Shown here: piece by piece, positions 23,860 to 31,495 of the stretch | How positions within the stretch are numbered: the first letter of the stretch is position 1 | Layout: the number at the start of each line of letters is the position of its first letter | Source of the DNA: Candidatus Omnitrophota bacterium | Lineage (GTDB): Bacteria > Omnitrophota > Gorgyraeia > Zapsychrales > JANLHA01 | DNA: 32,000 nucleotides | Assembly: GCA_963662715.1 (NCBI GenBank) | Contig: OY759724.1 | Coordinates: 2,670,001 to 2,702,000, forward strand | Reading direction: 5' to 3' | The notes under the pieces: model-generated | The model's database searches: none | Told to the model about the DNA's origin: nothing | What the model saw: only the letters and a program-made list of their open reading frames with translations | Position numbers and translations under genes: made by a program

Positions 23860-24318
23860 ATGCAGGATAGTGAAAAAAGAAAACCGTCAGAAAGTCAGGA
23901 AGAAGTAAAGGTCATTGAGTTTTCTATTGGAGATTCGAGCTACGGGGTCTCTATCGACCAGGTTAAGGAGATTATTGCGGCTAATATTATGGTTGTCCCA
24001 GTCCCGGATGCCTTGCCGACCATTGAGGGAGCTATTAATTTGCGCGGGAGAATTATCCCGCTTATTAATTTGGCCAAGTTTCTGAACGCTGATACGGATA
24101 AAATAGGAAGGATTATTATTTCTGAGTTCCAGCAGAATTATTTTGGTTTTGGCGTGACAGAGGTGGCGAAATTGCACTCGGTGTCCGCGCGGGATATTGA
24201 AGACCCGCTTGATTTGCTGCAGGCCCGGGAGGGCTATGTGGTCGGCATTTCCAAGATTAACGAAAGAATCCTTTATTTATTAGATTTGAAAAAAATCGCA
24301 CAGTCCATTAACGCCTGA
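23860..24318 (+). CDS. cheW: Chemotaxis coupling protein CheW (copy 2)
   Basis: VIEFSIGDSSYGVSIDQVKEIIAANIMVVPVPDALPTIEGAINLRGRIIPLINLAKFL. RBS gagagga. Confidence 0.85.
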   Translation: MQDSEKRKPSESQEEVKVIEFSIGDSSYGVSIDQVKEIIAANIMVVPVPDALPTIEGAINLRGRIIPLINLAKFLNADTDKIGRIIISEFQQNYFGFGVTEVAKLHSVSARDIEDPLDLLQAREGYVVGISKINERILYLLDLKKIAQSINA

Positions 24319-24337
24319 ATCGGGGGGATTGGTTTAT

Positions 24338-24769
24338 ATGATGAATCGACAGCAAGCTGAACACGGGGAACAGCGGAAGTATGTCCGGATCGACCGTCGT
24401 TATATCATAAAATGTTCCCCTTTTTCGGCCAAAGATTTTTTGTCCCCCTCATCCGCGGATATTACAGAAGGGTTATTGAAAAATATCAGTTGCGGCGGAG
24501 CTCTTTTTGAATCAGGAGCCAAATATGATGTGGGGACATTGCTGCGGATTGAACTGGCTTTGCCGGGATGGGAGCAGTTCAAGGTCGAGTTCCTTAAAGA
24601 TGACAAGACGACATATTCCGCCCCTTTAACCGTCCTGGCCCATGTCGTGAGATTGGAAGTCCTTATCCAGAATGAGTTGTATGATATCGGGGCGTGCTTT
24701 TCCGCGATTGATGAAGGAGACAAATGGGCCTTATTTAAATATATCCAGAAATATTCCAAGAAGCATTAG
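24338..24769 (+). CDS. PilZ-domain (c-di-GMP binding) protein
   Basis: RxxxR motif in QRKYVRIDRRY, and (D/N)xSxxG motif in NISCGGALF. ATG at 24338 follows gggggg; the track TTG is at 24329. Confidence 0.8.
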   Translation: MMNRQQAEHGEQRKYVRIDRRYIIKCSPFSAKDFLSPSSADITEGLLKNISCGGALFESGAKYDVGTLLRIELALPGWEQFKVEFLKDDKTTYSAPLTVLAHVVRLEVLIQNELYDIGACFSAIDEGDKWALFKYIQKYSKKH

Positions 24770-24784
24770 AGCCTATTTTTTAGA

Positions 24785-25642
24785 ATGACGAATACCCCAC
24801 TTAAGATCAGTGATTATGAATTTGATGTCTTAAAAGACATTATGTATAAGCGTACCGGAGTTTTCTTGCGAGAGACAAAAAAGGCGTTGGTGATTTCCCG
24901 GCTGCGGAAGCGGCTGCTTGAGTTGGGCCTTTCCACTTTTGCAGAGTATATCTCTCTTCTGCGGGCGCCCGGCAGTCCGGAGGGGGACATCTTTGTTAAT
25001 GCGATCACGACCAATGAAACCAATTTTTACCGGCATCCCAAACAATTTGATTATCTGTCAGCACATGTGTTGCCTGAATTGCGGGACGTGAAAACAAAAA
25101 TTGGCCAGAAAACAATACGTATATGGTCTGCGGCCTGCTCTACAGGGGAAGAGCCCTATACGATCGCTATGATCTGTCAGGAATTCTTTATGTCGGATAA
25201 ATCCTGGGATGTCCGGATTTACGCTTCGGATATTAATAGCGAAGTCCTGAACTATGCCAAGAAAGGGGAATACTCGGAGCGGTCAGTCCGGGAACTCCCG
25301 GAACATTTGCTGGAAAAATATTTCCAACACAAAGAATTTGAGACAACTTATGGGAAAGAGAAGAAATATCTCTTGTCCGATAATATTATGAAGTTAGTCC
25401 AATTCCAGCGGCATAACCTGTTAACGTCTTTCAGGCAGAAGTATATCGATGTGGTTTTTTTTCGTAACGTTATGATCTATTTTGGAACAGAAAGCAAAGA
25501 AGACGTCTTGAGAAAAATTCATGCGATCATGTCCCCCGGGGGGTATTTGTTTATCAGCCTTTCTGAAAATCTTCCGTATAAGGGGATGGGGTTTGAGTTT
25601 CTGACTTTAGGGGTGCACCGCAGGCTGGATGATAAGGCCTGA
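24785..25642 (+). CDS. cheR: Chemotaxis protein methyltransferase CheR
   Basis: TNETNFYRHPKQFDYL, IRIWSAACSTGEEPYTIAM, DVVFFRNVMIYF. Confidence 0.92.
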   Translation: MTNTPLKISDYEFDVLKDIMYKRTGVFLRETKKALVISRLRKRLLELGLSTFAEYISLLRAPGSPEGDIFVNAITTNETNFYRHPKQFDYLSAHVLPELRDVKTKIGQKTIRIWSAACSTGEEPYTIAMICQEFFMSDKSWDVRIYASDINSEVLNYAKKGEYSERSVRELPEHLLEKYFQHKEFETTYGKEKKYLLSDNIMKLVQFQRHNLLTSFRQKYIDVVFFRNVMIYFGTESKEDVLRKIHAIMSPGGYLFISLSENLPYKGMGFEFLTLGVHRRLDDKA

Positions 25643-25664
25643 TCTGCGGGACAAGGAGCCGAAA

Positions 25665-26723
25665 ATGATAAAAGCCGTTATTGCCGATGACTCCCAGCTT
25701 TTTAGAAAGGCATTAACAGAACTGTTGGAAACAGACGGGCGGATTTCCGTTATCGGAGCCGCTGCGGACGGACATGAAGCCATCCAGTATGTTAAAACCT
25801 TGACACCGGATGTCCTGATCCTGGACTATCAAATGCCGGGGATAGATGGGTTGGAAACGCTTAAGATCATTATGGAGGAAAATCCTCTCCCGGTCCTTAT
25901 GCTGAGCGCCTTAACAAAAGAAGGGGCGGCTGTGACATTGCGGGCTTTGGAATTAGGAGCCGTAGATTATTTTACAAAACCTATCAGACATGCCGGGGAT
26001 ATTAAACAAGTTTCTGATGAGCTCATACAAAAAATTGTCGCTGTTGTGCAAACCAAAGCCATTTCATATCCTAAGCCCATCCCCCGACCTGTCAAGGGAG
26101 ATCTTAAAGCACTTAAAGATTTGAAAAAGAGAGACGTAGATATTATTGCCGTCGGTTCATCCACGGGAGGCGTTAAGGCGGCCGTCGATATCCTTTCGGA
26201 CCTGCCTTCGGCCATGAAACCTATCGTCTGGGTGCAGCACATGCCCCGTACTTTTACGGCCAGTTTTGCGGAACGCCTGAATCAATATTCCAAACTGCAT
26301 GTTAAGGAAGCAGAAGACGGCGATGTCGTTCAGCCCGATACCTGTTATATTGCCCGGGCAGGTTTTCAGATGGTCGTTGAATCCAAGGATAATCACCGGC
26401 GGCTTCGTTTGTATGAGGATCTCAGTTCGGACAATCTCCATTGCCCGTCATGTGATGTCCTGTTTGAATCCGTGGCCAAGCTATACGGTACTAAGGCCAT
26501 CGGTGTCATTTTGACCGGTATGGGCAAAGACGGAACCGAAGGGTTGCTGAAAATGCATGAACAGGGGGCCTTTGTGATTGGCCAGAATGAGGCCAGCAGT
26601 ATTGTTTACGGCATGGCTAAAGCCGCGAGAAAAGCCGGAGCCGTTGATCTGGAATTAGACGTGTGTTATGTAGCGGAAGCGCTCGTGCGACTAGGCTCAG
26701 CGCAGATGAAACTGAATTTATAA
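25665..26723 (+). CDS. cheB: Chemotaxis methylesterase/deamidase CheB (REC + esterase)
   Basis: REC: AVIADDSQLFR, VLILDYQMPGIDGLETL, DYFTKP. Esterase triad context: IIAVGSSTGG, WVQHMP, VILTGMGKDG. ATG at 25665 follows aaggag; the track start at 25629 overlaps cheR. Confidence 0.92.
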   Translation: MIKAVIADDSQLFRKALTELLETDGRISVIGAAADGHEAIQYVKTLTPDVLILDYQMPGIDGLETLKIIMEENPLPVLMLSALTKEGAAVTLRALELGAVDYFTKPIRHAGDIKQVSDELIQKIVAVVQTKAISYPKPIPRPVKGDLKALKDLKKRDVDIIAVGSSTGGVKAAVDILSDLPSAMKPIVWVQHMPRTFTASFAERLNQYSKLHVKEAEDGDVVQPDTCYIARAGFQMVVESKDNHRRLRLYEDLSSDNLHCPSCDVLFESVAKLYGTKAIGVILTGMGKDGTEGLLKMHEQGAFVIGQNEASSIVYGMAKAARKAGAVDLELDVCYVAEALVRLGSAQMKLNL

Positions 26724-26742
26724 ACATCCTTCAGGAATTCTT

Positions 26743-29574
26743 ATGAGTCAGAATGAATATGATAATATCCCGGAAGAAATAAAAAAGTTTCTTCCTGATT
26801 TTATCGCTGAAACCGAGGAAAACCTCCGGATTCTCAACGAGAAGTTATTAGCGACAGAAGAGGCTTATAAAAAAGGAGAGGCCATCAGTGCGGACAATCT
26901 TAACAGCCTTTTCCGTGCGGCGCACTCCATTAAAGGAACAGCGTCCTTTGTCGGGTTAAAAAAGATTGTAGATCTGACTCATAAACTGGAGACAATTCTT
27001 CAGAAACTTCGGGATCAGGATCTTGAAGTGGCACCCCCGCTTTTTGATGCGCTTTTTGTCGCCTTTGATCTGTTGACAAAAATGTTGAAAAAATTGAGGA
27101 AGGGGCAGGATGATAAAGTCGATATCGGCCCGGTCGTCGCCGATATCGACCAGATCCTTTCCACAGTAAAGCATGAACCAGAGGGCGCCGAACTTGCGGA
27201 GGAACCCGCAGGCAATGCTCAAGACAAACAAGTCCCGGTTTCCGCCAAGGAGGGGGTAGGGCCTGAAAGTGTGCTGTCCGAAGAATCCCTGCTGGGGTCC
27301 TGCGACCAGCTGCTTTGTCGCTTGCAGGAGCTTCTGGATTCCCTGAAGACAGAGAAGGCCGACAGCGGTGTGCCCCGGGAACCCTTGTTGCAGATTTTAC
27401 AGCAGATATATCGCGTGGCGGTATTCTTGTCTTCTTCTCCTTTGCAGGAATTGACTCAGAAAATTTTCGTCATTATTTATTCCCGGCCGCAGACCAGCCC
27501 CGAGGCTTCCCCTTTCCCCCTGGAGTTGATCTTCAAGAGCCTGGGGGCTTTTCGTCTTATCCTGGACTCCATGAAATCCAAAAGTCAGCTGAACAAGGAT
27601 GATCTTAAACAGATTTGCGGGAAGTTGCAGGCTTACATTAAACAGAATGTCAAACAAGACTTAGATGTGAATATAACGCAGTGGTCCCCTGGCGCGTCTC
27701 CGGATACGGCTGAGCCTTTTGAGGATTTTATGCAGTTGAAAAATTTAAATGTCTCGGAAAAGAATGCGTTATTTGATGCTTTGGATCAAGGTTATGACTT
27801 GTTCAAAATTATGAGTGTCATCGCCCAGGATATCCCGGAAAAGGTCATTAAGGTCGTTTTGATTGAAGAGAGATTGAAGAAGTGCGGGGTTGTTATTTCC
27901 GTTAAGACGTCAGCGAAGAAAATTGAAGGGATCAGTCGGGAAATTGAGGTGGGGGCCTTCCTGTGTTCCGTTGAGAATGAAACGAATATCCGCAAAGCCC
28001 TTATGATTGACGGCGTAAAAGTCAATTCCGTTGAACGCCAGGGCCCGGCGGAACTTAAGGATTTTTTGGATCAATATGCCGCCGATCATGCGGAGATTTT
28101 CGGGGAAAAGGCGGAAGACCCTGCTGTCCATATGGATAGTGAAGGGGCCCTGCTACCTGAAAAAGCACCGGATTTCCCGAGGAGGGGCGGGGATCATGAT
28201 ATCTCCATATTGAAAATAGATTCCAGAAAGATTGATAAATTGATGATCCTCTCCGGAGAACTTGTCACTATACGGGCCCAGTTCTCCAGGCTGGGGGCGT
28301 TGCTTAAAACCGCGATCAGGCAAGGGGACAACTTGAATTCCGTGGTCAATAATTTTTCCGCATCTCTGTTGAACCTTCAGAAGGGAATGACGAATATCAT
28401 AGAAATCGAATCTATAGATAAACGGATTGAAGGAGGGCTGGAATTGGCCAAATTGATCACCAGCCTGAATGAATCTTTATCGAATATCAAGAGAGACACT
28501 TCAGTCAAGGAGACGGCTGAAAACGTTAATTTCCTGGATGAAACGACGAGTCAACTGGAGAAGGTCGCTTCGGAAATCCAAAGCAGCGTTATGAATGCCC
28601 GCATGGTTCCTGTGGAGGGCGTTTTTAACCGTTTTAAGCGGATTATCCGTGATATCGCCAAAGAAGTCCAGAAAGACGTTGTCTTGGAACTTGAAGGAGA
28701 AGAGACCGAATTGGATAAGAAGATTGTTGATGCTTTGGTTGAGCCGCTGACCCATATGATTCGCAACGCCATCGATCACGGGATAGAGGATAAAGGGACA
28801 AGAGTTCAACAGGGCAAGCCGGAAAGCGGTGCGATTCAATTGAAAGCATCACATTTGGGAAACAGCATCTGTATTGAGATGGTTGACGATGGGCGGGGTA
28901 TCGATCTCAACAAGGTCATTAAGACAGCTACCAAAAAGGGATTGATAAACCAGGCGAAGCTGGAAACTATGACGGAACAGGAAAAGTATGGGTTGATTTT
29001 TCTCCCCGGGTTCAGCACAAGTGAACAGATAACAGGGCTGTCCGGCCGTGGCGTGGGCATGGATTCGGTGAAAAATATGATTAACAGTCTGAACGGGATG
29101 ATTGATATTAAAAGTGAACCTGGGCAAGGGACGACTTTTGTTATAAAGATCCCGCTCACTCTTGCTATTATTCAGGCCTTGCTGGTTAAGATCGGTGACT
29201 ATACGTTTGCCTTCCCGGTGGAAACGGTCGTGGAAATTATTAAAGTGAATATTTCTGATATTTATTTGATTGATGGGAATCCGATAGTAAAATTAAGGGA
29301 ACATGCCCTGAGTTTGGTGGAGTTAAAAAATGTTATTTATGTCCAAGGAAAGGACCGGTCGAATTACAGCTATTATAACGTGGTGATCATCTCTGACGGG
29401 ATTAATCGAGTCGGGGTTGTTGTCGATGAGCTGATTGCTAAAGAAGAAATCGTTATTAAATCCCTGCCGAACCATTTCGTCAATGTGCAGGGGGTTGCGG
29501 GGGCTGCCATTTTGGCCGATGGAAGCATTTCGTTAATACTTGACATACATACAATCATTCATTCAACAATGTAA
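26743..29574 (+). CDS. cheA: Chemotaxis histidine kinase CheA, long form (P1 - degenerate P1-like - P2-like - extended P3 - P4 - P5)
   Basis: Hpt FRAAHSIKGTASFVGL (His61, nt 26923-26925). Dimerisation start ILKIDSRKIDKLMILSGELV. RMVPVEGVFNRFKRIIRDIAKE. N-box THMIRNAIDHGIE, G1 DDGRGI, G2 GLSGRGVGMDSV. CheW-like P5 at aa ~805-940. Confidence 0.93.
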   Translation: MSQNEYDNIPEEIKKFLPDFIAETEENLRILNEKLLATEEAYKKGEAISADNLNSLFRAAHSIKGTASFVGLKKIVDLTHKLETILQKLRDQDLEVAPPLFDALFVAFDLLTKMLKKLRKGQDDKVDIGPVVADIDQILSTVKHEPEGAELAEEPAGNAQDKQVPVSAKEGVGPESVLSEESLLGSCDQLLCRLQELLDSLKTEKADSGVPREPLLQILQQIYRVAVFLSSSPLQELTQKIFVIIYSRPQTSPEASPFPLELIFKSLGAFRLILDSMKSKSQLNKDDLKQICGKLQAYIKQNVKQDLDVNITQWSPGASPDTAEPFEDFMQLKNLNVSEKNALFDALDQGYDLFKIMSVIAQDIPEKVIKVVLIEERLKKCGVVISVKTSAKKIEGISREIEVGAFLCSVENETNIRKALMIDGVKVNSVERQGPAELKDFLDQYAADHAEIFGEKAEDPAVHMDSEGALLPEKAPDFPRRGGDHDISILKIDSRKIDKLMILSGELVTIRAQFSRLGALLKTAIRQGDNLNSVVNNFSASLLNLQKGMTNIIEIESIDKRIEGGLELAKLITSLNESLSNIKRDTSVKETAENVNFLDETTSQLEKVASEIQSSVMNARMVPVEGVFNRFKRIIRDIAKEVQKDVVLELEGEETELDKKIVDALVEPLTHMIRNAIDHGIEDKGTRVQQGKPESGAIQLKASHLGNSICIEMVDDGRGIDLNKVIKTATKKGLINQAKLETMTEQEKYGLIFLPGFSTSEQITGLSGRGVGMDSVKNMINSLNGMIDIKSEPGQGTTFVIKIPLTLAIIQALLVKIGDYTFAFPVETVVEIIKVNISDIYLIDGNPIVKLREHALSLVELKNVIYVQGKDRSNYSYYNVVIISDGINRVGVVVDELIAKEEIVIKSLPNHFVNVQGVAGAAILADGSISLILDIHTIIHSTM

Positions 29575-29575
29575 A

Positions 29576-30070
29576 ATGGATTTTTATCAAGTCGACCAAA
29601 AACTGATCGTGGGGATTGCCGATATAAAAGTTGCAAAGGCTCCCTATGTTATTGAGACCAATCTCGGTTCTTGTATTGCCGTCTGTCTGTATGCGCAAGA
29701 GGAAAAAGCGGGGGGGATGGTGCATATCATGATGCCTTATGCCGAAGAGAATTCGGAGCAGGCCCGGCAGAAGAAAGCCAAATATGCCAATACCGCCATC
29801 CCGGAACTCATCCATCAAATGAAAATAAAATTTGGAATTGATGCCCAGAAATTAAAAGCCAAAATGTTCGGTGGCGGAAAAATATTAAAGGATTTTACTA
29901 TTAATATCGGAGAACTCAATGAACAGGCTTCGCGGGAAGCTCTGCGCCTTGTCGGAATTCCTATTCTTGCGGCTAAAACCGGCGGGGAGAAGGGGTACCG
30001 GGTCGCATTCAATTTGGAAGACGGGAAAGTCCGTTGTCAAAGATTCGGAGATACGATAGAGGAGTTTTAG
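29576..30070 (+). CDS. cheD: Chemoreceptor glutamine deamidase CheD
   Basis: ETNLGSCIAVCLY (catalytic Cys), GGMVHIMMP, KMFGGGKIL. ATG lies 1 nt after the cheA stop; the track start at 29540 overlaps cheA. Confidence 0.88.
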   Translation: MDFYQVDQKLIVGIADIKVAKAPYVIETNLGSCIAVCLYAQEEKAGGMVHIMMPYAEENSEQARQKKAKYANTAIPELIHQMKIKFGIDAQKLKAKMFGGGKILKDFTINIGELNEQASREALRLVGIPILAAKTGGEKGYRVAFNLEDGKVRCQRFGDTIEEF

Positions 30071-30072
30071 TT

Positions 30073-30675
30073 ATGTTAAACGAGCCAAGAATCAACAAAG
30101 CGATTAAAATGGTTGCGAAGTTAAGCATTGATAAGGGGTCTCAGGTTTTTTCGAAACTGATCAAGACCGGCGCCCGCATCGATATGGAAAACGCCTTTTT
30201 GGGGGATTTAACAACCGTTACGGAAGATATTAACCGCCAGAACACCAGCGTTGTCGGGGCGATCATCAACCTGGTCGGGGACGCTAATTTTAAGTTCTTA
30301 TTTTATGTGCAGATCGAAGACAGTATGATCTTGGCCGACCTAATGCTGAAGCGGGAAGTGGGGACAACTAAGGAATTTGATATTTACGCTTCCAGCGCTG
30401 TGCAGGAAGTGGGAAATATTTTGGCAAGCGCTATTTCCGGGGTTTTTGCGTCGGATTTCAGCATCAATTTAAAGCCAACACCCCCTGTCGTGATCAACGA
30501 TTTTGTCGGTTCTCTCTTTCAGGAATTCTTGCTCAGTTCTGTGGGAGAAAAGAATGAAATCCTTATTATTGAAAGCTGTTTTCACATCGTGCGGAACAAT
30601 ATTCATGCCCACATGTTTTTGCTCCCGTTGGGAGATAGCGAAAAAGTATTAAGTTATATTGCCAATACTATGTAG
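30073..30675 (+). CDS. cheC: CheC-like CheY-P phosphatase (only the second active-site motif intact)
   Basis: SSAVQEVGNILASAISGVF carries E-x2-N-x3-G. The N-terminal pseudo-repeat (GSQVFSKLIKTG) lacks E/N. ATG lies 2 nt after the cheD stop, and cheD-cheC adjacency is classical. Confidence 0.7.
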   Translation: MLNEPRINKAIKMVAKLSIDKGSQVFSKLIKTGARIDMENAFLGDLTTVTEDINRQNTSVVGAIINLVGDANFKFLFYVQIEDSMILADLMLKREVGTTKEFDIYASSAVQEVGNILASAISGVFASDFSINLKPTPPVVINDFVGSLFQEFLLSSVGEKNEILIIESCFHIVRNNIHAHMFLLPLGDSEKVLSYIANTM

Positions 30676-30689
30676 AAACGAGGTGTTTT

Positions 30690-31058
30690 ATGTCCAAAAG
30701 AATTGTTATCGTTGATGACGCGCCGATCATCCGCTCGATGCTGAGGGATATCCTGGAACAGGGGGGCTACGAGGTTATTGCGGAATGTAATAATGGTTTT
30801 GAAGCCGTGGAAACCTATCGCGAACTGAATCCCGATCTCCTGACTATGGATATTGTCATGCCGGAGAAAGACGGCCTGGAGGCTTTGCACGATATCTTGG
30901 CCATTGACGGGAACGCCAAGATTGTTATGGTCACAGCTGTTGATCAACGGGTATCCTTAATGAAAGCGATTCGGGCCGGTGCGGTGGATTATATCATTAA
31001 ACCGTTTGAGAGTGAACGGGTCCTGTCTGCCGTCCGGACAGCCTTGGGCGTAGAATAG
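30690..31058 (+). CDS. cheY: Chemotaxis response regulator CheY (second copy)
   Basis: IVIVDDAPIIRSML, LLTMDIVMPEKDGLEAL, IVMVTA, DYIIKPF. RBS gaggtg. Confidence 0.9.
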   Translation: MSKRIVIVDDAPIIRSMLRDILEQGGYEVIAECNNGFEAVETYRELNPDLLTMDIVMPEKDGLEALHDILAIDGNAKIVMVTAVDQRVSLMKAIRAGAVDYIIKPFESERVLSAVRTALGVE

Positions 31059-31067
31059 GAGGGGCAT

Positions 31068-31466
31068 GTGTTAAAAGCAGCTAAAATTATGACAAAAGAG
31101 GTGATCTTTGTTAAGCCGACAACGACATTGCTGGAGGCGATGAGCCTTCTCGTGAAACATAAAATCAGCGGGTTGCCTGTCGTTGATGATCAGGAAAAAA
31201 TTGTCGGAATGATAACCGAGAAGGACTTTCTGCAACTGTTGGTGAGTGATTTTATTACAAGCAACGAACTCGTCGGGGACTATATGTCCAAGGACGTGCA
31301 GTTTTTTGGCCCTGAGGACAGTGTTATTTTGATTTGCGATTTTTTCATGAAAATGAATGTCCGCCGTGTTCCTATTGTTGAAAACGGGAAAATGGTCGGG
31401 GTTATCAGCCGCAGAGATATTATTGATTTGATCCTGAAATCTTCCAGATCCAAGACGTCATTCTAG
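31068..31466 (+). CDS. CBS-domain pair (Bateman module) protein
   Basis: Two CBS units: IMTKEVIFVKPTTTLLEAMSLLVKHKISGLPVVDDQEKIVGMITEKDFL and YMSKDVQFFGPEDSVILICDFFMKMNVRRVPIVENGKMVGVISRRDII. AGGAGGGG lies before the GTG. Confidence 0.85.
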   Translation: MLKAAKIMTKEVIFVKPTTTLLEAMSLLVKHKISGLPVVDDQEKIVGMITEKDFLQLLVSDFITSNELVGDYMSKDVQFFGPEDSVILICDFFMKMNVRRVPIVENGKMVGVISRRDIIDLILKSSRSKTSF

Positions 31467-31495
31467 GCACCGGTCGATTCGGAGGAAGTTTTCTT

